Shown here: piece after piece, positions 19,365-29,409 of the stretch | How the letters are laid out: every line of letters starts with the position of its first letter | How positions within the stretch are numbered: the first letter of the stretch is position 1 | From: Chitinivibrionales bacterium | GTDB taxonomy: Bacteria > Fibrobacterota > Chitinivibrionia > Chitinivibrionales > WJKA01 | DNA: 64,000 nucleotides | Reading direction: 5' to 3' | Assembly (NCBI GenBank): GCA_038247415.1 | Contig: JBBRUX010000005.1 | Coordinates: 59,504-123,503, forward strand | Translations under genes and position numbers: made by a program | The notes under the pieces: model-generated | What the model saw: only the letters and a program-made list of their open reading frames with translations | Told to the model about the DNA's origin: nothing | Databases searched by the model: none

Positions 19365-20705
19365 TTAAAATTCTAATCTTCGTCCTGCCGTAAAGTAAAT
19401 CTGGAGAACAACCATTTTTTGCGCAAGGAGAAGGACATCAAGTGAAGCTGACGATTTCAATACATTTATAAGTGCCGCTTGCAAATCGGTTTCGGTAATA
19501 AGCCCAGCATCAAAAGAGTTTTTTGCATCTGCAGCTACTGCCGCATAGGCATCGTATACAGTTTGTGCAGCAACGCGTTGCTTCTCACCTTTTTTAAATT
19601 GGCTCTTTAGCTGAACCAGATTTTTTTGAGCAGTTTGATACATATTCATTCTGGTTGTTTTTACAATATCTTCATTTTGTCGTGTTTGTTCTCGCTGAGA
19701 TTTGACTTTAAAACCATCAAAAATAGTAAAGCGCAATTGCGCACCAAGCATTCCATAGGCCATAAAAACCGTATCATTTAAAGCTAAGCCTGGATTGGCA
19801 ATTCTAAACCCACCGGTCAAAATCAAATTGGGATAGTGCTGACCAGACTGAACTTTTTCAAGTGCTCCAAATTGAGATGCTGCAATAGATAATGCATAAA
19901 GATCGGGTTTGAGCGTATCAACAGCCACGTTCAGTGGATCTCCCCAGCTCGAATCAAATGAAGAGGCAATTGGCTCACAAGTAGAGTCTTTTATTCCTGC
20001 TATTTGCATGATTTCCTGCTGTATTGAATCGGCAGAATTAACAAAAGAAACTAACTCATAGTTGCTTTGCGCAACTTTTGCAGAAGCCTCAAGAAGTCGC
20101 GAACGAGAAGCAATACCGCTCTCTTTTTGATTCTGTAAATTTTGATAAACCCGTTCGTGTTGTTGAATAAACCGTTTTTGAGTTTTGGCTTGCAAGCGAG
20201 CTATTTCCCATTGAAGGTAGAGCATCCCGAGTTTGAACGAAAGCACATTTTCAAGTTGTGTGATCTGGGTTTCTTTGAGGGAACTGCCCAGCGCGCGATA
20301 TTGAAGATTAAACTTATTAACAATTGCTTGAGTGAGCGGATAGGCTACATCAATACCAACATCTGCACGGTCATTATCCCCAAGTTTCACAGTTTTCGTT
20401 TTCCCAGTGGGCATAAGTATAAATGTATCAAGCGTAGGAAGATATTTTATAGCCGATTCCATTTGAATCATACGATTTCGCTCGGAAAAGTATGCATACG
20501 ATCCCACGAGATCGACCGTGGGGTACAATAGAGCGCGAGCTTCCGATTCTGCGTTCCTGCTTTTCCCCAATTCCTGAGTAGCAATCGAAATATCAAGATT
20601 CTTTTCTAACATGTGCGTTTGTAAATCACCAAGCGAAATGGGTTTACAAAACCCATACATTATTGTGCAAAAAAACAGAATGCACCCAAACAATCGGCGA
20701 TTCAT
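19365..20705 (-). CDS. TolC family outer membrane efflux protein
   Basis: Signal peptide; two OEP-like repeats (LYPTVDL; HYPNLIL...IFDGF); position within the efflux operon. Confidence 0.85.
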   Translation of the reverse strand: MNRRLFGCILFFCTIMYGFCKPISLGDLQTHMLEKNLDISIATQELGKSRNAESEARALLYPTVDLVGSYAYFSERNRMIQMESAIKYLPTLDTFILMPTGKTKTVKLGDNDRADVGIDVAYPLTQAIVNKFNLQYRALGSSLKETQITQLENVLSFKLGMLYLQWEIARLQAKTQKRFIQQHERVYQNLQNQKESGIASRSRLLEASAKVAQSNYELVSFVNSADSIQQEIMQIAGIKDSTCEPIASSFDSSWGDPLNVAVDTLKPDLYALSIAASQFGALEKVQSGQHYPNLILTGGFRIANPGLALNDTVFMAYGMLGAQLRFTIFDGFKVKSQREQTRQNEDIVKTTRMNMYQTAQKNLVQLKSQFKKGEKQRVAAQTVYDAYAAVAADAKNSFDAGLITETDLQAALINVLKSSASLDVLLLAQKMVVLQIYFTAGRRLEF

Positions 20706-21364
20706 ACATGCTCCTTAAAAAGCAAACCATCGGTAATCATATCCACAATATGTCGAATACGAATTTGGTAAAATGATTCATCAAATTCCAGAGTATTTCC
20801 ATTCATTTTTTTATGCACAACCCCAAGAAATGGCTGGACAATAAACGATGCTGCGCACATACCCACAATATTGATAATAACATGAGTAGGATCGCAGGGA
20901 AGTATTTTTTTTTCGGCAATGGCTTTACTAATTGCAGTAAAAATGATACCAGGAAAATGTTCGTTAGAAATAGGTATTTCCTCAAGGATATGAGCCAGAG
21001 CCTTACCGCCATCAGCCAAGTCCCGCAACATCATCCGAATAACCGTAGGATTCTCTCGCAACATGCCAATGTAGACAACTACAATGCCTTCTACAAGGGA
21101 TCTAAAGTCTTTTGCAGAACGAATGCGCTGTTCTTGAGAAAAAAAACTTGTCCAAATTATTTGAACAACATCGTGAATTGCGGCTTCATACAAGTTGCTT
21201 TTGGTACGAAAATAGTAGTGAATTAAAGCTTTGTTTACATTGGCCCGAAGAGCAATTTCTTGAATGCGCGCCCCAGCTTGACCTTTAGCAACAAACTCAT
21301 CTCGCGCAGCTGCAAGAATGCGTTTTTCGGTGGAGGCATCAATTGGCTTATCAACAGTCTTCAT
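20702..21364 (-). CDS. TetR/AcrR family transcriptional regulator
   Basis: RILAAARDEFVAKG...IALRANVNKALIHYYFRTKSNLY HTH. Confidence 0.95.
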   Translation of the reverse strand: MKTVDKPIDASTEKRILAAARDEFVAKGQAGARIQEIALRANVNKALIHYYFRTKSNLYEAAIHDVVQIIWTSFFSQEQRIRSAKDFRSLVEGIVVVYIGMLRENPTVIRMMLRDLADGGKALAHILEEIPISNEHFPGIIFTAISKAIAEKKILPCDPTHVIINIVGMCAASFIVQPFLGVVHKKMNGNTLEFDESFYQIRIRHIVDMITDGLLFKEHV

Positions 21365-21370
21365 AAAAAC

Positions 21371-21409
21371 TAACCATCTGTTTTAACTAAACGTTTTAAC
21401 CATATGACT
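21371..21409. promoter_or_regulatory. Putative TetR operator array (3 x 13-bp imperfect palindromes)
   Basis: TAACCATCTGTTT / TAACTAAACGTTT / TAACCATATGACT in tandem immediately upstream of the tetR start. Confidence 0.6.
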
Positions 21410-21472
21410 AAATATAGTTATACTCTTATAAAAATGCAAATCCCGAGCAGATTACAACAAATATTCCAGATG

Positions 21473-21627
21473 CCTCAATGCCCAGAAATTGGAACTGCAG
21501 ATCAGGGAACAACGGTAGAAGAAGCGTGGCAAATCTTAAGGAAGCGACAGAACTTTATCTTAAAGAATTTCCTACCCCGCACGTAGAACGCACTTTTATG
21601 ACAACCTTTGAAAAAAATTACAATTGA
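21473..21627 (+). pseudogene. hicB: HicB antitoxin remnant (5'-truncated, frameshifted)
   Basis: QCPEIGTADQGTTVEEA, then after a 1-nt frameshift ANLKEATELYLKEFP...FMTTFE. Confidence 0.8.
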
Positions 21628-21739
21628 TGGCGCTGTCGGTTGTGTTGTCCCGATGCACAAAGAAATAGCAACAGGGACTCTTCACAGTATACTCAAGCTA
21701 GCACAGATCACTCAAGCAGAGTTCCAAGAACATCTTTGA
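21608..21739 (+). pseudogene. hicA: HicA toxin remnant (C-terminal half only)
   Basis: LKKITIDGAVGCVVPMHKEIATGTLHSILKLAQITQAEFQEHL*; the N-terminus and GSH motif are absent. Confidence 0.78.
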
Positions 21740-21805
21740 GTTGACAACAAACAACATATTTTCCTAAGCAAGCAATGCCTTAGAACAAAGTTGCCTCGCG
21801 CTCCC

Positions 21806-24800
21806 CTAGTAAGCGCAACTTAATCGTGATGTAAACACCCCTAGCACATTACCCGAAACATCAAAAGCTTTCATACGCAGGATATACATTCCAGGAGTTA
21901 ATGGCTTGGAAGAAAGGTTCCAACGGAATGAACCAACCATTCCACGTGTCATTCCAGAAAGCACCGTCTGCCTAACAACTCTTCCTTTGAAATCGAGCAA
22001 TTCAAATCCTAAGAGCCCAACCCCACTCTGAGGAATAGAAAAACGCGCAACAATAAGATTTTTAAAAGGATTGGGGTAACACCCAACAAGCGACAGTTTA
22101 AGATTTTTAAGTATTGTAAATCGCTTGAAATCCTCTGTTGCAATTATGATTGATTTCTGCACATCAGAGGACTTTGGTACCATTACAGAAAGCGGTTGAT
22201 CGAAAGGTATAAAATTACCATCGTCTGTGCTGATAAAAACTTTTTGTTGAGCAGAGAGATTCGCATTTTCGGTTGTGAGCATAATGTGCTGATCGTTATC
22301 AGCATCATTATGAAGCACAAGTGTATACAACGCAAGCCCATTATCAAGCTTATGGTATACAAACATGCTTGCTTGACGTTTGGTAAGAGGCTCAATTGCA
22401 CCAATGCTTAAGGTACCAAATGACGGTGTTAAAGGAATAGTTGAAGCATTTGATGTTTCGTTTAATACAAACGCGCATCGAACTGATGATTTTTGGCCAT
22501 CTTTATTCGATGTTGCAACAACATCAACTCCAAACGAGTTCCCAACTATTTCTTTGTTGACGCTAGCACCTATGCTAGACATTGAAGCTGGGAGCGGTGG
22601 GAATCGGAGAATTTTTGCAGATGCGCTTTTATTAAGGATGGAGTATCCAAATCCCGAAGTTCCTTTAAGGGAGTCTGCAAGGTCTTTTTTGGTATCTGCT
22701 AGTCCCCAAAATACAAGTTTCGTTTTAAATTTTTTGGTTACAGGATCTAGATCCCACGCATAAATCGCAAGCGAATCGCCAGTAATTCCGCTTGCTTTTA
22801 GAACATCACCAATTTTCAAATCATACTTATAAGGAACATTTATGTCAGTCCATTGATTCTGTGGAGCGAGACCAACGTCTACAGTATCTTTTTGACTTAA
22901 CGTAACGCCATCGCCAAAATTAAATTGAACCGAATTTTTGGTTTTCAACCAAAACAATCTTCCCGGAAGCACCTTAAAGGTAGTATCAGAAAGTGAAGTA
23001 AATTCATTCCAATCCAGGCCACCCCACTTGTACAGTCTCATCTTCTTGTTATCGTAGATCCACCCAGAATTACCATCCCCAATACCTGCTTGCTTCGCAA
23101 GACCAGAAAGTGCCGCCCCAATTCCAATTGAATCTAAATTAGCCGTAACAGCTATGGGGGTCCAAACGTTGGCCTCTGGTGCGATCACATCCGATTCTAT
23201 ACGTTTAACTCTGCGAGAAATATTTACCGTATCGGAATGCGGCCCATCGCTTATGATCAAACGTGCCCGCAACCCGTTTTCTTCAGTAATAAAAGAATTG
23301 TCAATGGCGAGAATTGCCTTTTCGGGTGTAGCGCAATTTCCACATATAAACCCTGTTTGCATTTTTGACGAGCCGGTATTGTCATCGGTGAACGCTGCTC
23401 CATCTTTGGCATACTGCAGCTTCCACGACACATTGACAATTTGGTCTCCTATAGAAATGGTATCAGAGGAATTAGCACCTGTAATTAATACTTCACCAGT
23501 ATCTTGTTCACTTGCAAAAGAAAGTTTAGGTCTCTTTGTATCGAGCATAATCTGGAAAGGAATTCGTTTGCCAGCTGTAACATAAGCAGCAGGTTTAAAC
23601 CAGAGCGTTGAGGTTGCTTGATCGAGCGTAACATTGTACAGAGCAGATACTGCACCTGCTTCATTAACGCTATATATACCAATATCTTTCGATGTATAGC
23701 CAGAAGGCAGAGAATCATAACGTAGGCCAAGCGTAACGGTCGGCAGCCACTGAGCAAGCGAAAAGCCAACACCAACTGGAATCAAGTCTGCAGAGCCAAC
23801 AGGTTGACTAAATTTCAAGGTATCTTGTCCTGTTGGGGCAACAAACCCCAAATCTTTACGAACAACAACATTACTATTAAAACCATAAACCTGTTTTGCA
23901 GAAGTATCACCATAACTTAAAGTTTGAAAAGTATAATTTCCCGTTGCTGCGCTAGAACAAGAGGAGTCAAACGGCGGCGACCAAGGCCCTCCACTTTGAT
24001 CGCGCAACCATAACCCTACATAATATTTAGTATTAAAGAGAATTTTGCTCTCAAGAGGAATACTAAAAGCAAAAGATGCTGCTGCACCAATATCTATAGC
24101 CTGACTAGACGGTGTAGTAGCACGCACAGCAGCAGAATCCACCGATACAGAGCTTCCAATGGAGATGCTACTATTTTTTATGGGCGTTAAGGTACCTTCT
24201 ATATCAATACTATTAGTTGTCGCATTAAAGGTGGTTTTAGCAATTTTTATTGAATTAGTCAAGACAGACCCGCTCCCCAGCAACGTTTTAGCGGATGCCG
24301 TCTTTGCAACCACGATATCTGACCACAGCAAATTATTTTGTGTTTGCAAAGCAAAATAATATTGAGTATTCTGATCCAACCCAGTTACCAGCATAGGTGT
24401 GGCAGACGGAGAAGCGATGCTTCTTATTTGTAGAGTATCTGTTGGAACTTGACCTGCAACAAAAGGCCCTCGACTAATAAGCATTCTCATTTTCTGGGCT
24501 AGTGGAGCCGGCAACCAGGAGAGTTTGACCGAAAAAGCATTAATAGTATCAACAACGAGAGTGCTCTGATTGGCTATGCGAGGAAACCCTGCAACAAAAC
24601 TTGACTTAACAGAATCGCTCACAACACCGTTGCGCCCTGCTAATCTGACTATAACCGACACTGTTTGGGTATCGGAAAAAAGGAGCTGGCTTTTAATTCT
24701 TTTGCTATACGATCCAGTCACAAGCTGACTCACAAATGTTGCCCGGTCGATAGTTTCATCGGGGATGAGTGCCCCATTTTTGCCAATGATCGAAAGAGTG

Positions 24801-27181
24801 ACAGATATGGAATTTGTATCGGTTAAAGTAGACCCATTTCCAAGAGTTACAATTGCCGAATCGGCTTTGGAACTATCTGGCACGACAGACGGATAAACCG
24901 CAGTATTACCAAGATATTTGCCAGAAGGCACCAATTGGTTTCGGGGCTTCATAGCTACCGATTGTGCATCGGTTGCTACATAGGGACTCAAAGTACCATT
25001 GTTCCATGTTGCACCTGCCCAAAAGCCATAATACTGCTCGGTCGATTTAGTTGACGGAGGTACATTAACAGTATCTTTAAAAATAATGGTAACCGTATCC
25101 CCAACCTGCTTGCCCATAGCGCGTACAGAATATTTTGCAACAACAGCATTTGTCAAAGGATCTATCGGAGTTCCACCTGGGCGAAAATAAAGACGAACAG
25201 AGTCTGCGCCAAACGTAATTGGGGAGGAAGCAACAGGAAGTTTCCCTGCATAGGAAACTACTACCTGTGAAGACGACAAAGGCGAAACAACTATGGATAC
25301 ACCATTGAACGAAGGATTTGCAATCACAATGTCAATCGTCGAAGAATCTGAACCCGCAGGTCCAGGGCCACTCACAACAAGTTTAACCTTATAATGGCCA
25401 GTATCGGTATACGTAACGGTTTTTGTAGGAACTCGCACATCGTACATGGATTGGTTCCCATTCCCAAAACTCCACAACCATTTTGTTATAGTTCCTGTTG
25501 AACTATCCGTAAAAGTAATTGTGGCAGGTGCAGCCGAAAGGATTCTATCTGAACCGAATTTTGCATCAACAGGAATTGCTGTTGGGAAAACTTTAATAGT
25601 GGTGCTTACCGAATCTTGGGTGGTTGTACCTCTAACAATAAGCCAAACCACAAAAGTGCCACTATCAGCAAACGTGTGAGATTGCGTTGCTTTAGTGGTA
25701 GTATATCCCACGGTATCTGCAGGATTATTAGAAAAACGCCATTTCCAAGATACAATGGACCCAAGTGAATTGTCTGTGAAAGTTGGTGTAAATGGAGCAT
25801 ACCCAGTTGCATTAGGAGCTAGGAACGAAGCTTTTACACCTTTAATAGAAATAGTAGTGCTCGTTGAGTCTACAACTCCTTGATCACGGATAATCAGCCA
25901 CACCGTGAAAGCTCCGGTATCGGCAAAGGTATGCGCTTGTGTCGTTTTTCGAACTGTATATCCAATAGTATCAGCAGGATTATTTGAAAAGCGCCATTTC
26001 CACGAAGTAATAGCACCGGTACTATTATCGGTAAAAGTAATTATCTGAGGATTATATCCAGCGGCGGTAGAAGGAGAAAATCCTGCTTTGGTAGCAGTAG
26101 TCAAGGTTGTTTGGCCTAGGCGTTGAGTTTCAAAAGTCAATTTAGCTTCATCAGCAGAAATGACGCTTTTATTAAATCGAAGTTCATCAAGAAAACCTGT
26201 TGGGGCGGCTCTAAACCCGCCCCAAGCTGCAGAAACTGGTTGCGATGTTGGACCACCAACCAAATTTCCATTCTTGTAAAACCGACCATTTATTCCATCA
26301 AAGGTGTAGGTCATAAGCATCCAAGAATTATTAGGCCCAAAACCTGTTGAATCTATGGGAATTAGCATTGTAGTTGAAACATTACTTCCAGTCTTAACCC
26401 CCCATGGTCCCCCAGAAACGGTTTTTTGATAATAACCATTGGCTGCAGTACCGGTCTTAGAAATAGTATTCAGTGAATTAAAATTATTTGCATCGGGATA
26501 GTCGTTTGAAAAGGGATAAATCCAATATGAAATAGAAAAGGCGCTTGGCGCCCAGCTAAGCCCAGGAATATTAACAATCCCTGAAGTTTGATAACTATTT
26601 ACTCCTCCTGCGATGATTGGGGGATCAATTTCTTGAGCACGATAGAGAACGCTGTCCATTTTTGCAAGGAAATTATTTGAAGTTGCATCTTTAAATTTAG
26701 TAATTGTATCTCCGCCTATAATTCCATCATTAGTGCCTTTTTCATTAAAGTGATATGCTGCTTGAAACTTCGTATTGACAAACACACTAGTTGGATCTGA
26801 TTCGCTCACGGTTACCGAAGAATTCCCATAATGCATCTTTATTTTTAGAACGCTACTTTTATCGACAACATCAATTTTAATCCAAAAAATCGCTTGTTTG
26901 TTTACTTGACTAAATCGTTCGATTTCATACACAAGTGGTGTAATGCCATCCTCTTTTGAAAACCGAATATCTGCACCGGATGCTTGTGCTAAAAGAAAAA
27001 TTGAATCTGCCGGATCGATAATCCGAATCATGAGCGGAAAATCTGCTATATTACCAGATAAATTTAATGGGATCGGATTTAAATAGAAATCCACATTTTT
27101 CTTGTATCCACTATAATCAACCGCATACGCTGCGCCAGCGCTTAAGCATCCAATAATTAATGCCACTACTATTTTTCGCAT
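21806..27181 (-). CDS. Large secreted multidomain protein: DUF2341, LamG/ConA-like, 3 PKD, FN3-like, T9SS/FlgD-like C-terminal domain
   Basis: Signal peptide MRKIVVALIIG...AYA after AGGAG SD; GADIRFS...YEIERF...IFWIK (DUF2341); LDELRF (LamG); FTDxSxG..WxWxF repeats; CYPNPF...GRVVR...PGMYILRM tail. Confidence 0.85.
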   Translation of the reverse strand: MRKIVVALIIGCLSAGAAYAVDYSGYKKNVDFYLNPIPLNLSGNIADFPLMIRIIDPADSIFLLAQASGADIRFSKEDGITPLVYEIERFSQVNKQAIFWIKIDVVDKSSVLKIKMHYGNSSVTVSESDPTSVFVNTKFQAAYHFNEKGTNDGIIGGDTITKFKDATSNNFLAKMDSVLYRAQEIDPPIIAGGVNSYQTSGIVNIPGLSWAPSAFSISYWIYPFSNDYPDANNFNSLNTISKTGTAANGYYQKTVSGGPWGVKTGSNVSTTMLIPIDSTGFGPNNSWMLMTYTFDGINGRFYKNGNLVGGPTSQPVSAAWGGFRAAPTGFLDELRFNKSVISADEAKLTFETQRLGQTTLTTATKAGFSPSTAAGYNPQIITFTDNSTGAITSWKWRFSNNPADTIGYTVRKTTQAHTFADTGAFTVWLIIRDQGVVDSTSTTISIKGVKASFLAPNATGYAPFTPTFTDNSLGSIVSWKWRFSNNPADTVGYTTTKATQSHTFADSGTFVVWLIVRGTTTQDSVSTTIKVFPTAIPVDAKFGSDRILSAAPATITFTDSSTGTITKWLWSFGNGNQSMYDVRVPTKTVTYTDTGHYKVKLVVSGPGPAGSDSSTIDIVIANPSFNGVSIVVSPLSSSQVVVSYAGKLPVASSPITFGADSVRLYFRPGGTPIDPLTNAVVAKYSVRAMGKQVGDTVTIIFKDTVNVPPSTKSTEQYYGFWAGATWNNGTLSPYVATDAQSVAMKPRNQLVPSGKYLGNTAVYPSVVPDSSKADSAIVTLGNGSTLTDTNSISVTLSIIGKNGALIPDETIDRATFVSQLVTGSYSKRIKSQLLFSDTQTVSVIVRLAGRNGVVSDSVKSSFVAGFPRIANQSTLVVDTINAFSVKLSWLPAPLAQKMRMLISRGPFVAGQVPTDTLQIRSIASPSATPMLVTGLDQNTQYYFALQTQNNLLWSDIVVAKTASAKTLLGSGSVLTNSIKIAKTTFNATTNSIDIEGTLTPIKNSSISIGSSVSVDSAAVRATTPSSQAIDIGAAASFAFSIPLESKILFNTKYYVGLWLRDQSGGPWSPPFDSSCSSAATGNYTFQTLSYGDTSAKQVYGFNSNVVVRKDLGFVAPTGQDTLKFSQPVGSADLIPVGVGFSLAQWLPTVTLGLRYDSLPSGYTSKDIGIYSVNEAGAVSALYNVTLDQATSTLWFKPAAYVTAGKRIPFQIMLDTKRPKLSFASEQDTGEVLITGANSSDTISIGDQIVNVSWKLQYAKDGAAFTDDNTGSSKMQTGFICGNCATPEKAILAIDNSFITEENGLRARLIISDGPHSDTVNISRRVKRIESDVIAPEANVWTPIAVTANLDSIGIGAALSGLAKQAGIGDGNSGWIYDNKKMRLYKWGGLDWNEFTSLSDTTFKVLPGRLFWLKTKNSVQFNFGDGVTLSQKDTVDVGLAPQNQWTDINVPYKYDLKIGDVLKASGITGDSLAIYAWDLDPVTKKFKTKLVFWGLADTKKDLADSLKGTSGFGYSILNKSASAKILRFPPLPASMSSIGASVNKEIVGNSFGVDVVATSNKDGQKSSVRCAFVLNETSNASTIPLTPSFGTLSIGAIEPLTKRQASMFVYHKLDNGLALYTLVLHNDADNDQHIMLTTENANLSAQQKVFISTDDGNFIPFDQPLSVMVPKSSDVQKSIIIATEDFKRFTILKNLKLSLVGCYPNPFKNLIVARFSIPQSGVGLLGFELLDFKGRVVRQTVLSGMTRGMVGSFRWNLSSKPLTPGMYILRMKAFDVSGNVLGVFTSRLSCAY

Positions 27182-27430
27182 GGGTAACTCTCCTCTGCGC
27201 TTAATTAATAAAATTTTTGTACCCCTTTTAAAAAATTTAGTACATGCAACCTTAAAACTCAAGCGCTTAAATAAGCTATATTTCTAAATTCAAACAAGTT
27301 AGGGCATTCTATATTCTTTACTTTATCATAAAAACAAGCGTATATCCAATATTTTATTCAAACTCCCAAAAAAAATATCATTTTTTACATAACCTTACGC
27401 TTTTTATCGCTGCATAATTTATATTTTTTC

Positions 27431-27530
27431 GGGGCTAGGCCCTGCGCAATCAAAGACTGTGAACCCCGCCAGGCCTGGAAGGGAGCAACGGTAAGCAGAC
27501 ACCAGGTGTGCCGCAGGTAAACTTAGCCCT
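27431..27530 (+). ncRNA. ffs: Signal recognition particle RNA (small bacterial 4.5S type)
   Basis: GAACCCCGCCAGGCCTGGAAGGGAGCAACGGTAAGC domain-IV core; terminal stem GGGCTA/TAGCCC followed by a T-tract; upstream of dnaX. Confidence 0.95.
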
Positions 27531-27632
27531 TTTTTTTGAGTAAATACCGAGAATATCTGATCTTATTACGGCAGGTTGGCAATTGCCTCATTCCAGCGCC
27601 TTGGCACTGTTTTTGGCCGGAAACTTCCTTAT

Positions 27633-29390
27633 ATGAGCTATCTTGTTTTAGCCCGAAAATGGCGACCTCAGGTTTTTGAGGATGTTATCGGGCAAGAGCA
27701 CATAACCACGACCCTTCAAAAAGCTATTCAACAGCAGAGGGTAGCTCACGCTTTCATTTTTTCTGGCACACGCGGGGTAGGCAAAACCACAACGGCACGT
27801 ATTTTATCCCGAGCTCTCAATTGCGATAATGGCCCTACTCCTAATCCTTGTGGCACCTGCGCAACCTGCAAAAACATCCTCTCTGGAAATAGTTTTGATG
27901 TGCTTGAAATAGATGGTGCCTCAAATAATCGCGTTGAGGATATCCGTGAACTACGCGAAAATGTCAATTACTCTTCTATGGGTGGCAAATATCGCATTTT
28001 TGTGATTGATGAAGTACACATGCTCACAAAACAAGCATTTAATGCGCTTCTTAAAACACTCGAAGAACCACCTCCCAATGTAATCTTTATTTTTGCGACA
28101 ACCGAGCCTCACAAAATCCCCGACACCATTCATTCTCGCTGTCAACGATATGATTTTAGAAGAATAACAGCAGAGCAGATCCTAGCCCAGCTCGAAAAAA
28201 TCTGCACCGCCGAATCCATTACCTACGAGCGAACAGGCCTGCTTTTGGTTGCGCGCAAAGCAGAAGGTTCAATGCGCGACGCGCTCAGCCTTCTGGATCA
28301 AGTATACTCTTTTTGCCGTGAATCTATTGTAGAAAAAGATGTACGATCTGTTCTGGGTCTTGTTGACGCAGAGGTTTACTCTCTTGTCATGGATTCCATA
28401 ATCAATAAGCAACCAGAACCAGCTCTTGCAGCAATCCAAGATGCGCTCTATCATGGTTTTGATTTGTCGGATTTCTGCGGTGGCCTCGAAGAATACCTGC
28501 GCTCCCTCCTTTTTATTCATATACCAGCCATTGCAGAAAAAAGGCGTGTTGATCTTAACATCGACTCCGAACAGAGCCTCGCTACCGTTACCAGACAATC
28601 AGAACAAATTGACGAAGGACAATTACTTCGTATGATCGATCTTGTTCGAAGAACCCACAACGATCTTAAACGAAGTACATTTGGCAGATTTAGTGTTGAA
28701 GTAATGATCATGAAAATGTGTGCACTCGACGCTACGGTATCTCTTGAGAACCTACTGGGAGCACTTGGCGGTGGAACGCCTCCATCATTTACACACGCGG
28801 GACCATCGTTCACTTCCTTGCAGGATCAAAAAAAAAAAAATCCTGAGCTTCCAAGCGACTCCATAAAGCCAGAACCTCTTCTTTTAAAAGAATCCGTCCA
28901 AACAATCGAGCCACCAAACGACGATAGTCCACCAATTGCAGAGTGCATTGATATTCCCCAACCGCAACCTACTGTTTATTCGAAACCAGAGCCCATAGTA
29001 CCACTTGCACAAGAAATAGCCGATCCGATTTTGCGATGGCCCGACTTTCTTGAACATCTTTTGCACGAACGTCCCAATATCGGTTCTTTTTTGGCTCTCT
29101 CAAAGGTTAAAACATCAGATACCGATTCGATTGACATTCTTTTTCGTTACGCCTACCGATTTCAATACTCAGAAATTACTAAACGCGAAAACAAGGAAAC
29201 GGTAAACGAATATGTAACGGCCTTTATGCGAAGACCTATCGAACTGAGAATTCACCTCGAACCTGCGAGTGCACATCCATCTGCCGAAATTGAACCAGAC
29301 TTACCTCAACGTAAATCAATTGATGATGAAATAGCCCAGGAACCAATTATAGCATCGGTTCTTGAACTTTTTGACGGAGAAATACTTTAG
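27633..29390 (+). CDS. dnaX: DNA polymerase III subunit gamma/tau
   Basis: MSYLVLARKWRPQ, GTRGVGKTT, Zn module, DEVHML, SRCQ; A13 run at 28828-28840. Confidence 0.97.
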   Translation: MSYLVLARKWRPQVFEDVIGQEHITTTLQKAIQQQRVAHAFIFSGTRGVGKTTTARILSRALNCDNGPTPNPCGTCATCKNILSGNSFDVLEIDGASNNRVEDIRELRENVNYSSMGGKYRIFVIDEVHMLTKQAFNALLKTLEEPPPNVIFIFATTEPHKIPDTIHSRCQRYDFRRITAEQILAQLEKICTAESITYERTGLLLVARKAEGSMRDALSLLDQVYSFCRESIVEKDVRSVLGLVDAEVYSLVMDSIINKQPEPALAAIQDALYHGFDLSDFCGGLEEYLRSLLFIHIPAIAEKRRVDLNIDSEQSLATVTRQSEQIDEGQLLRMIDLVRRTHNDLKRSTFGRFSVEVMIMKMCALDATVSLENLLGALGGGTPPSFTHAGPSFTSLQDQKKKNPELPSDSIKPEPLLLKESVQTIEPPNDDSPPIAECIDIPQPQPTVYSKPEPIVPLAQEIADPILRWPDFLEHLLHERPNIGSFLALSKVKTSDTDSIDILFRYAYRFQYSEITKRENKETVNEYVTAFMRRPIELRIHLEPASAHPSAEIEPDLPQRKSIDDEIAQEPIIASVLELFDGEIL

Positions 29391-29409
29391 AACCAACCAA
29401 GGAGGTCGT

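Noticed and set aside
21404..21586. 60-aa ORF as an intact gene
   Set aside because: A chimera of intergenic sequence and a frameshifted hicB fragment.
25628..26040. Repeated DNA blocks as a CRISPR array or DGR template/variable repeat pair
   Set aside because: They are in-frame PKD domain duplications with 255-nt period, differences are not adenine-specific, and no cas or reverse transcriptase gene is in the window.
27601..27618. TTGGCACTGTTTTTGGCC upstream of dnaX as a sigma54 promoter
   Set aside because: GG-N10 is followed by GG rather than GC, so the spacing is off by one, and it lies very close to the start codon.
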